64,000 nucleotides of DNA from a virus (lineage: Duplodnaviria; Caudoviricetes), in IMG/VR virus record IMGVR_UViG_3300006155_000002; one strand, given 5' to 3'. A program made the position numbers and the translations under genes. Within the stretch, counting starts at the first letter, position 1. Each line of letters opens with the position of its first letter. Positions 55,432-64,000 of the stretch are shown piece after piece. The notes beneath the pieces were generated by a model. The model did not search any database. It saw only the letters and a program-made list of their open reading frames with translations, and was not told the origin of the DNA.

Positions 55432-55494
55432 ATCCAATAAGGGGAGGAGGAGAGAGATAATCTCCCCTCCCCTGTTTTTGAGTGGTGATACATT

Positions 55495-56052
55495 TTGAAC
55501 ATTCTCGCAATAGACCAGGCACGAAACGGGGCTTGGGCTGTTTTTGACTATGAGAAAGGGGAATTGATTGGGTACGGCACATTCGAGTTCTCTCTTGAAA
55601 AATATACATACGCTAAAGCAATTATGCACATCAAAGAGCTGATTGCTGCGGTGTTAAAAACATATGACATCGGAGCTGTATTCGTTGAGGACATACAGAT
55701 GCGCGTCTCGGTGTCCTCGTTTAAGAAGCTCGCGCAGCTTCAGGGCGTCCTCGTGAACCTCTTTGAGGAGAACGAATACTTGTATGGCTATATCGCCCCG
55801 TCACAATGGCAGAACTTCTGTAAGGCGCGTGGGCGCAACACCAAAGAAAAGAGTGCTCGTATACTTGCGCTTGAAAAATCCGGTGTAAAACAATCAAAGA
55901 TTCTTTCTATACAGTTCATAAAAGACCAATTTGGTATTGAAACGGAGAATGATAATCTGGCTGACGCAATTTGTCAGGGATTCTATATTGTGAACGCCGT
56001 TGAAATACTGAAAAAAGACAAGGTTGTCCGCAAGCGCGGTGACAAGAAATAA
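55495..56052 (+). CDS. RuvC-like Holliday junction resolvase
   Basis: ILAIDQ, VFVED and DNLADA motifs. Confidence 0.8.
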   Translation: MNILAIDQARNGAWAVFDYEKGELIGYGTFEFSLEKYTYAKAIMHIKELIAAVLKTYDIGAVFVEDIQMRVSVSSFKKLAQLQGVLVNLFEENEYLYGYIAPSQWQNFCKARGRNTKEKSARILALEKSGVKQSKILSIQFIKDQFGIETENDNLADAICQGFYIVNAVEILKKDKVVRKRGDKK

Positions 56053-56064
56053 AGGAGAAATATC

Positions 56065-56727
56065 ATGAGTAAAAAAGCGGCTCGCATTTCTATCAATAAG
56101 TTAGAAGCCACCATGCAAAACAATACTATTGTTGTACCTATGGATGGAAATCCAGATGTTAAAATTATCATCCGCCGTATCCTGCCTTTGCAGGAAGTCC
56201 TTCAATTTGTGGAGGACGTTGTATCGTCCTGTATTGATATGGAAACGGGGCGGTACATTCCTGAAATTCAGGCTTTTACAACTCGTGCATCTGTGCTGAC
56301 GCGGTATGCAAATTTCACACTTCCAAAGGACCCAGAAAAGCAATATGACCTTATCTACAATACGAGTGCGTTCCAACAGGTAATGGGGACTATTGACGGA
56401 GTACAGTACAACGAGATCTTGTATTCAATCAATGAGAGAATCAAGCACGAGACCGCCATGATGGAAGGTGCATTGGCGAATCAGATGGCAGAACTGACGG
56501 CAAAGATCGATGCTTTCGTTAATAACAGTGAAGAACTGTTCGGTTCAATTAAAGGAGAAGATATGTCTGCTTTGGTGAAGAATCTGACTAAAGCTACTGA
56601 CGTTGACGAAGAAAAATTGGTAAAAGCAGTGTTTAATGCGAAGAAACAAGAAGCTTCAGTTACAGCAGAAAGCCCTGTTGTGTCGTTCGAGGAAAATGTG
56701 GTTACTTTACGCAAGAAAAAGGACTGA
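56065..56727 (+). CDS. Hypothetical protein (tail assembly chaperone candidate)
   Basis: Position before the tape measure gene. Confidence 0.55.
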   Translation: MSKKAARISINKLEATMQNNTIVVPMDGNPDVKIIIRRILPLQEVLQFVEDVVSSCIDMETGRYIPEIQAFTTRASVLTRYANFTLPKDPEKQYDLIYNTSAFQQVMGTIDGVQYNEILYSINERIKHETAMMEGALANQMAELTAKIDAFVNNSEELFGSIKGEDMSALVKNLTKATDVDEEKLVKAVFNAKKQEASVTAESPVVSFEENVVTLRKKKD

Positions 56728-56732
56728 TTGTA

Positions 56733-57188
56733 ATGCCTGTTTACGATAGTTGGGAAGGACTTTGTGATGCGGTGCAGAAAAAGTGCAATGACATCCTGAA
56801 ACGTGATGTAGCGCCAGTTGCGAAAGAAATCGTTAAAAAACACATCCAAAGCGATATCTATGACGTGTATACGCCAAAAACAAATGCATGGGTCGGTGGT
56901 ACAACATACAAACGTCGTTTCGTCCTTCTTGGTTCTGTATATTCAACATTCACACATGAGGACGAAATTATGGTAACCAGCAACGCAACAGCCTCCAAGT
57001 CTGTTGTGCCTGGATACAGCTTCCATAATAGGCGTCCTGGTTCTTTCTTGAAGTTGTTAGAGACCGGAAACATGGGTATCTGGAGAGGTGGATTTCCAAG
57101 GCCAGCAATTGGAAATGCACAAAAAGAAATTGACAGAAGTTCTGCGATACGCAACGCAATACAATCCGGATTGGACAGATATTTTTAA
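56733..57188 (+). CDS. Hypothetical tail-module protein
   Basis: Position; PRP motif near the C-terminus. Confidence 0.6.
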   Translation: MPVYDSWEGLCDAVQKKCNDILKRDVAPVAKEIVKKHIQSDIYDVYTPKTNAWVGGTTYKRRFVLLGSVYSTFTHEDEIMVTSNATASKSVVPGYSFHNRRPGSFLKLLETGNMGIWRGGFPRPAIGNAQKEIDRSSAIRNAIQSGLDRYF

Positions 57189-57240
57189 TCATTGACGGAC
57201 AGGAGAAATCCTGTCCGTTTTTCAAAGGACGGTGAGAAAA

Positions 57241-60200
57241 ATGGCAGGTTTTGGCGCAAAGGTTAAACTTAGTGTTGATCGGTCAAGTAAGGCTGAATTC
57301 AACAAGCAGATTAACGATTTGGTCGGTCAGATTAAGATTAGCAATAAGTTCACGGTTCTGCAGAAAGACATGGACCGCGTGAGAAAAGAAGCGCAAGCCA
57401 TGCTGAATAGCAATCCGATGACCTTAAAGGTAAATAAGATTGACTGTTCTGCCGCCGTGACCAATGTAAAGAGACAGCTTCAGACGATGCTCAGTTCGCT
57501 GAGTGTTCAGAATGGAGTCAATATAACTGGACTCAAGGATTTCCTTGGTACAGAAGGTGTTGACGCTACAATGCGTGGTACTGCCGACGCTGCAAATACA
57601 GCCGTTCAGAAAATGAACGAAGCAAAGGCTGCAGCGGCGGGCTGGGCTGGGCAGATGGAGGTTCTGGATTCCATTGTAAAGGGTGTAGCAAACACCTACA
57701 AAAGTGGTATTTCTGGAAGTAACATGATTGCCGACGAGGCAGAAATCCAAAGAATTACAGCGGCATACAACGAATGGGCACAAAAGGTCAAAGAAGTCAA
57801 GGCCAGTCGTTCTGGTGATATTGAGGCTCTCCAACAGGAGGGGCTTGCCATCCAAAGGAATATAACTGCAATCCAGAACAAACAAACTGAGGCGAAAAAG
57901 GCTGCAGAGGCCGCTGAACGTGCGGCAAGAGCTGCAGAAGCTGCGGCACAAAGGGAAGAATCTGCAAACCAAGTAGAGATTTCTTCACTCAAGCAAATTG
58001 CTGGGCTTCAGGAGCGCATGACGAAATTCTTGAAGTCTAACAGCAAGTTGAGCTATTCAGACGCAGGAGACAGTATACGTGCAATGCTTACGGAGCTGAA
58101 TTCTGGCGCTACAATTACTACTGAGAGACTTAGAGAAATGGAAGGCGAGTTTGCGAATATCCGCACACAAGCCACAACGACTGGATCGCTCGGTCGTTCA
58201 ATGCTGGATTCTTTGTCTAAAGCATATGAACGATTTGGCGGGTGGATGCTGATCACCAGAAGTATGACAGCGGCTATCCACACGATTAAAGATATGGTTA
58301 CCAATGTGCGGGCAATTGATAGCGCATTGGCTCAATTGCAGATCGTAACTGGCGCAACAGACGCACAGCTTTCGACTTTTTTAGAAAACGCTACAGTTTT
58401 GGCAAAGAACTTAGGCAAGAGTATCACTGACGTACTTGGTTCTATTGAGACGTTTAGCCGACTGGGCTACAATTTGGAAGAAGCGACAACACTTGCTGAA
58501 TATGCAAATATCCTCGCAAATGTAGCTGCCGTGGATTCCAGCGAGGCCACTACTGGTATGACCTCGATTATCAAAGGATTCAATATGGATGTTTCCCAAG
58601 CAGAACACGTTGCAGATGTTCTGGTTGAAATTGGGCAGAAGTATGCCGTTTCCGCCAGTGAAATGATGGAGGCGTATGAGAAGTCTGGCGCCGCTCTGAA
58701 CGCAACAAATACCAGTTTTGAGAAATCTGCTGGTTTGATTGCCGCCGCTAATGCTGCTGTGCAGAATGCTTCGACGGTTGGTACTGCTCTGAAAACAATT
58801 AGTGCTCGTATTCGTGGATCTAAGACTGAGCTTGAGGAATTGGGTGAAGACACATCTGATCTTGCCCAGGGATTTTCAAAGTACGCCAGTGAAATCAAAG
58901 CATTAACGGGCTTTGATATTATGGTGGAAGGAACTACAGATTCCTTCAAGGATATTTATGATATTTTTGAGGGAATTGCTAAGGTTTGGGACGACCTGAC
59001 TGATACGCAACAAGCTCGTATTGCGGAGATTCTTGGCGGAACACGTCAGCTTCAGGTTATCAGCAGTATCCTCTCGAACTGGTCCGATGCTGCTGGAGCC
59101 TATTCAGATGCCATGCACTCTGCTGGCGTTGCGACAGAAGCTAACACCATATACATGGACACGATTGATGCCAAGCTCAATCAGTTCAAGGCGACGTTTG
59201 AAGAACTTTCTAATATATTCATTAGTTCTGACTTTATTAAAGGGCTTGTTGATTTTGGAACAGGTGCCCTTGATGTGTTGACCAAGATTATAGAAAAACT
59301 TGGTACATTGCCAACAATGATTACAGCGATTGTTGGATCATATACAGCGATTAAAAATGCCAGGGGTACAGCTTCTGGGATTTTTGATTTTGATGATGGC
59401 AAAATGCAGCTTGCAAACCGTGGGCTTGTTGCACTCATTAAAAACTTTAATACGGCACGTAAAGCTGGTGCAAGTTTGTCGGATTCATTGCGTATAGGAT
59501 TTAATGGTAGTCTTAATAACGCCAATCTTCGTATAGATTCGTATAATGCTATGCTTGGAGCGTCTGCTGATGCGCAGGCTACATTTATGAGCAATCTTGA
59601 AGGAACAGACAATTCCTTGGCCGCATATTTGAAGAGCCTGAATGGTGGAACTGCCAGTCTTAAAGGCTATATGACATATTGCAAAACGGCTGGCGTGCAA
59701 ACAGAAACGCTTGGTCTTCAATCAAAACTTGCTGCAGTAGGAGTAACAGCACTCAATACCGCATTGAATATGATTGTCAGTATTGGTATTAGTCTTATTA
59801 TCAACGCAATCATTTCTGGATTATCAAGCCTTATCAATAAGGCGGCAGAGGCAAGAGAGGCAAGTATTAAAGCCGGTCGTGCGGCTGTTGAAGAAAGCGA
59901 TAACTTGCTTGACCTCACCCGGTCTTATATTGAGCTATGTAATGCTGTTGATGCTGGCACAGGATCACAAGAAGATCTTATTTCCATCCAAGATGAGTTG
60001 ATTCAGTATCTTAAGACACAAGGAATTGTTGTGCAGGATTTGGCCAGTGATTATGATGATCTAAAGGCTTCTATTATTGGTGCGGCTCAAGAAGCAATGA
60101 AGACCAATATTTCTACTGCGCTTGCTGGAGCAAAAGATTCAAAACAGCAAGCTGTAGAAGATATGACCCGATGGCTTGGCGGATCGTCTGGATTTAGCGC

Positions 60201-63200
60201 ATCTGGAGATGGTGTAAAGGAAGCTTTAGAATATCTCAAAGAACAAGGATTTTCTGGTATTTCAGTTGGTACAAATGGTGGTACTTTTACACCGCCGAAC
60301 AGTCTTATCAAAGATGTCTTCTCTGAGTATTCATTTGATGAAGTAGTAGAGAATTATCGCTGGATCGAATCTGCAATGAATGCGATCCGTGAGGAGTTCG
60401 GTTCAGAAAATAAGGTGTTTGAAGAACTCTCCGATGCGTATAATGATTATAACGAACATCTCGAAGACGCAATATCCGATATTGATAACGCAAATAAGCT
60501 GATTGCTCAGAATTGGCTTCTGGCCGCTGAAGCTGCAGGGTCTCCAACATCTGTGGATGAGTTCAAGAAATTTCGGGATACAATCATCGACAATTTGGAG
60601 GATGATAAAGATTTCGATGTCGATGGCTCCTATTCAGCAGAAGAAATTGTCAACAGTATGTTGGCAGAGGATACACAGTACAAGGCACTTCTGTCGGCGC
60701 TAACGAAGCAAGAAGCAACTGCAAAGGAGATCCTAAAACGTAGACACGCTATTGCAAGCGCCCTTGCCGAAAGTGTTGTAGGCACTTCGATTGAAACAAC
60801 TACACTAACCGGCGATGATCCATTTACCTACATACCAAATAATGTGATTGATGGATACAAAGCCATTCAGCGGATGCTCAATGATCTATCAGATGAAGAT
60901 CTTGAAATAGCATACAAATTGACTGTTGAGCAGGGTATCACTTCTTGGGATGATCTCAAAGTGGCTCTAAACGAATACAACAGTGAACAAGCCGTTGCAA
61001 AACGACGCGCAGAGGAGCTTGGGAACAGTATAAGGATGCTATGGAACTCTGAATCCTTTACTGATGCGAAGAGTGAACTTTTGTCTCTCCTTAATTCTCT
61101 TGGCGAAATTACTCCTGATAAGATAGAGGAGCTGGCTGGCAGTAGTTCGGAGCTGGCTTATATCCTTGAGCAGGATGGAATGAATGCACAGTTTTTATCT
61201 GTGATTCTTCAGAGTATGGCAAGCGGCGGAGATGGAATTAGTCTTATTACGGCAGAGGCTTTGGCACTTAATAAGGCTCTTGATGGTATGGTTGATGAGT
61301 TCGATAAGGTCGCAGGCGCTAAAGCAAAATATGATGCTGCTATGTCCGTTGAAGAAAAGGATACTGATTTTCAATCTTATGCAGCGGCGTTTGAAGAACT
61401 GAATAAACAGTTTGAAGCGGGAACAACTAATTCAAATGCGTTCTGGGCTGCTGCTGAGTTCCTTTTTGGCGGAGAACAACTTGCTATATGGGGTTGGAGC
61501 GACGGCCTTGACGAAATTTATGAGGCCATGCAGCGTAATGAGTCTATCTTTTCGGATGCAGATAGTGCTGGCGCCGGATTTATTGAAAAGCTGTATGAGC
61601 TGTCTGAGGCTGGTAAGCTGGTTAATGAAGAAGGCGAAAAGCTGCTCGAAATTAGCAGGGATTCTCGTGGAGGATATATTTTTGATATTGACCAGGAGAA
61701 TATTGCGGCCATTGCGGAACAGATGGGGCTTACGGAGGAAGCTGTTCTTTCTTGCCTCAAAGCATTGTCTATGTGGGGCGATGTTGATTTCTTCAATATT
61801 GACGATGTGATAGATACGCTTTATGACCTTGGCATTGCCATGGACAGTTATAAAGAGAACGTCGATGATATGGGAGAGACGACTGAGACGCTTACAAGGG
61901 TTATCAATCTCGATAGACTAACTGAGCAGCTTCTCACTCTCGGCAAAACACAAAAAGAAATTCACGATATTATCACAGCGCTATCTGAGCTTGATAATGT
62001 TAGCTTTCTTAGTATTACACAAGATGTAGACAGCCTAATTGGTTCTTTGGACGAACTCGGTGTTGTTACAAAGGACGGTATCAACATCTCTGTGAATTAC
62101 GAAGGATTGAGCGATATTCTTCAGGAGCTTGGCTTTACAAAGGACGAAGCAGAAGGACTGATTACCAAACTCGATGAGGTTGATAACATCACTCTCACAA
62201 ATGCAAACGGCGAAATCAAAGATATTACAAGTGCTCTTGAATACATTCAAGGACTTGAGTTTGTGGATGTTACAGCGAGCGTTGATGGTATTGGCGAGGC
62301 TGTTGAAGAAGTTGATGATCAGTCAACAGATAATGTTGTTTCTGAAATCGAAGATATCGGAAATGCAGCGGACAAAGCTGTAACAAAGGTATATTCTATA
62401 GGCGATGCTATTTCAGACATTAACGGTAGAACGGCCACTGTCTATTATGAAGTAAAGAAGAAAAATAGTATTCTTAGTTCAATTGGCAGTATGCTTGGAT
62501 TCGCAAACGGTACTGACGGTGCTCCGGCTGGCCCCGCTCTGGTTGGCGAGGAAGATCCGGAACTTATCAAGTCTGGCGATAGAGCGTATCTTGCCGGTGT
62601 AAGCGGTCCAGAGGTTGTTGACCTTAATAAAGGTGACCAGGTATATACAGCAGATGAGACAAAGAAGATCTTGCGTGGTTCTGGTAAGCATATCGTTGGT
62701 ACAATGCCAGCTTTTGCAGGCGGTACACATGGTAATGTTGTTATCAACAAAAATAAAACTGGAACACATGGCGAAATGTATTCGCCAAAAGCCGAAGTCG
62801 AGGTTACAGCAACTGTTGATAATAAGGAACTTGAAGATGCTCTTGAGGATGCTCTGAAGAAGCTCAAAGAAGAAATAAGTGACATCATTGGTAATTTTGA
62901 ACACTCTATTTTCTTGTTGGAGAAAAACGGTGGAAGCGCAGATCAGATCGTTGCGATTTATCGTCAGATGCAGGAAGCTGTACACGCTTATGCCGAGCGG
63001 TATCGTGCAATGGGGCTGGATGAGAACTCAGACTACATTCAGGAGCTTCAAAAGCAGTGGTGGAGTTATCAAGAGAGTATCCAAAAGGCCATTGTTGAGA
63101 ACTACGAAGATATGGCTAATGAGCGAGAAAATGCCATCAAGTTGACCGAAAACTGGATGGAAAATGCCATGGATAAGAATTACCTACCTGGTGTCGCCGG

Positions 63201-64000
63201 ATATGCTAATGATATCGTAGATTATTACAAACGAATCCAGGAAATCATCCATGAGCAAGCAGAGTTTTATAGATCACAGGGGTACAAAGATACCAGCGAC
63301 GAGGTTAGCAAACTGAGTGACCTATGGTGGGATTATGCCCAGAAAATCAAAGACGTTCGAGATCAAGTTGTTGATAATCTGCTTGACATGGTTGACGCCG
63401 CATCTGATCTTGTGGACGAGGTACAGAAGGTACAAGATACGCTCCATGACGCGGCAGAGGAGTTTGCTTCAAATGGCGGTTTTATTTCCGTTGATACACT
63501 ACAATCCATTTATGACCTTGGACCGCAGTATATGCAGTACCTTGAAGATGAGAACGGTCTTCTTGTTATCAACGAGGAACGTATCAACGCTGTCATTGCT
63601 GCAAAGACAGAACAGCTTGCCCTTGAAAATGCCTTGGCCTATGTTGAGAGGCTGCGTCTTGCGGCTCTCGGAGAATCAAATGAGAGTTTGGATATGTTGT
63701 GCTTTGCTACGACAGAGGCGACCAACACTACTTGGGGTCTTGTTTATGCACAGCTTGAGCAAATGCGGTTGGCTGGAGAACTTTCTGATTCTCAATATAG
63801 CGCTGCAATGCACAACATTAAAGCGCTACAGGCATTGTCAAAAAACGCTATTGCTGGGATTGGACGTGTATCCAACGAGGCAAAGGAGTCGTTGGAGAAG
63901 CTCAAAGAAGAATTGACAACTATGCAGGATGGCGTAGAGGGTATTGTCAAGTACGTTATGGATATGCTAAAGCATCGTATTCAGGAGCAGATTGATGCAC
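57241..64000 (+). CDS. Tail tape measure protein (runs off the window, >2250 aa)
   Basis: ATG at 57241 (MAGFGAKVKLSVD...), apparently continuous Ala/Glu-rich frame; VGTALKTISARIRG and FANGT...ALVGEE motifs; absent from the ORF track because it has no stop. Confidence 0.9.
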   Translation, partial: MAGFGAKVKLSVDRSSKAEFNKQINDLVGQIKISNKFTVLQKDMDRVRKEAQAMLNSNPMTLKVNKIDCSAAVTNVKRQLQTMLSSLSVQNGVNITGLKDFLGTEGVDATMRGTADAANTAVQKMNEAKAAAAGWAGQMEVLDSIVKGVANTYKSGISGSNMIADEAEIQRITAAYNEWAQKVKEVKASRSGDIEALQQEGLAIQRNITAIQNKQTEAKKAAEAAERAARAAEAAAQREESANQVEISSLKQIAGLQERMTKFLKSNSKLSYSDAGDSIRAMLTELNSGATITTERLREMEGEFANIRTQATTTGSLGRSMLDSLSKAYERFGGWMLITRSMTAAIHTIKDMVTNVRAIDSALAQLQIVTGATDAQLSTFLENATVLAKNLGKSITDVLGSIETFSRLGYNLEEATTLAEYANILANVAAVDSSEATTGMTSIIKGFNMDVSQAEHVADVLVEIGQKYAVSASEMMEAYEKSGAALNATNTSFEKSAGLIAAANAAVQNASTVGTALKTISARIRGSKTELEELGEDTSDLAQGFSKYASEIKALTGFDIMVEGTTDSFKDIYDIFEGIAKVWDDLTDTQQARIAEILGGTRQLQVISSILSNWSDAAGAYSDAMHSAGVATEANTIYMDTIDAKLNQFKATFEELSNIFISSDFIKGLVDFGTGALDVLTKIIEKLGTLPTMITAIVGSYTAIKNARGTASGIFDFDDGKMQLANRGLVALIKNFNTARKAGASLSDSLRIGFNGSLNNANLRIDSYNAMLGASADAQATFMSNLEGTDNSLAAYLKSLNGGTASLKGYMTYCKTAGVQTETLGLQSKLAAVGVTALNTALNMIVSIGISLIINAIISGLSSLINKAAEAREASIKAGRAAVEESDNLLDLTRSYIELCNAVDAGTGSQEDLISIQDELIQYLKTQGIVVQDLASDYDDLKASIIGAAQEAMKTNISTALAGAKDSKQQAVEDMTRWLGGSSGFSASGDGVKEALEYLKEQGFSGISVGTNGGTFTPPNSLIKDVFSEYSFDEVVENYRWIESAMNAIREEFGSENKVFEELSDAYNDYNEHLEDAISDIDNANKLIAQNWLLAAEAAGSPTSVDEFKKFRDTIIDNLEDDKDFDVDGSYSAEEIVNSMLAEDTQYKALLSALTKQEATAKEILKRRHAIASALAESVVGTSIETTTLTGDDPFTYIPNNVIDGYKAIQRMLNDLSDEDLEIAYKLTVEQGITSWDDLKVALNEYNSEQAVAKRRAEELGNSIRMLWNSESFTDAKSELLSLLNSLGEITPDKIEELAGSSSELAYILEQDGMNAQFLSVILQSMASGGDGISLITAEALALNKALDGMVDEFDKVAGAKAKYDAAMSVEEKDTDFQSYAAAFEELNKQFEAGTTNSNAFWAAAEFLFGGEQLAIWGWSDGLDEIYEAMQRNESIFSDADSAGAGFIEKLYELSEAGKLVNEEGEKLLEISRDSRGGYIFDIDQENIAAIAEQMGLTEEAVLSCLKALSMWGDVDFFNIDDVIDTLYDLGIAMDSYKENVDDMGETTETLTRVINLDRLTEQLLTLGKTQKEIHDIITALSELDNVSFLSITQDVDSLIGSLDELGVVTKDGINISVNYEGLSDILQELGFTKDEAEGLITKLDEVDNITLTNANGEIKDITSALEYIQGLEFVDVTASVDGIGEAVEEVDDQSTDNVVSEIEDIGNAADKAVTKVYSIGDAISDINGRTATVYYEVKKKNSILSSIGSMLGFANGTDGAPAGPALVGEEDPELIKSGDRAYLAGVSGPEVVDLNKGDQVYTADETKKILRGSGKHIVGTMPAFAGGTHGNVVINKNKTGTHGEMYSPKAEVEVTATVDNKELEDALEDALKKLKEEISDIIGNFEHSIFLLEKNGGSADQIVAIYRQMQEAVHAYAERYRAMGLDENSDYIQELQKQWWSYQESIQKAIVENYEDMANERENAIKLTENWMENAMDKNYLPGVAGYANDIVDYYKRIQEIIHEQAEFYRSQGYKDTSDEVSKLSDLWWDYAQKIKDVRDQVVDNLLDMVDAASDLVDEVQKVQDTLHDAAEEFASNGGFISVDTLQSIYDLGPQYMQYLEDENGLLVINEERINAVIAAKTEQLALENALAYVERLRLAALGESNESLDMLCFATTEATNTTWGLVYAQLEQMRLAGELSDSQYSAAMHNIKALQALSKNAIAGIGRVSNEAKESLEKLKEELTTMQDGVEGIVKYVMDMLKHRIQEQIDA

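Overview
This window is part of a large temperate phage or prophage of a Firmicute host, with an SPbeta-like gene order. The left arm (1 to ~34.2 kb) is almost entirely minus-strand accessory genes. It holds a radical SAM gene, a five-gene NAD+ cluster (PncA, PRS-like, NAMPT-like, macrodomain, NadE), about 12 tRNA or tRNA-like genes plus a tmRNA, a Ubl-E2-JAB-E1 ubiquitin-like operon, at least five self-cleaving ribozymes, and two identical IS110 copies inserted into ribosome-binding sites. The right arm (34.7-64 kb, plus strand) holds a tyrosine recombinase, a helicase-like protein, a YonO-type single-subunit RNA polymerase, HU, and the terminase-portal-head-tail module, ending in a tape measure gene cut by the window edge. 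The main observation is one retron-type reverse transcriptase (13432-14571) accompanied by five separate retron-like ncRNA cassettes instead of one (7995-8211, 8211-8411, 12161-12515, 13073-13425, 14587-14936). Each cassette has its own terminal inverted-repeat pair, a candidate branching G, a variable first hairpin and a near-invariant CUCUG-UAUUGUAAAU-CAGAG stem-loop, but a largely unrelated template region. An ArdA-like gene sits between two cassettes. This suggests a phage-encoded multi-msDNA retron, possibly anti-defence. All calls come from reading motifs by eye; no database searches or folding programs were run.
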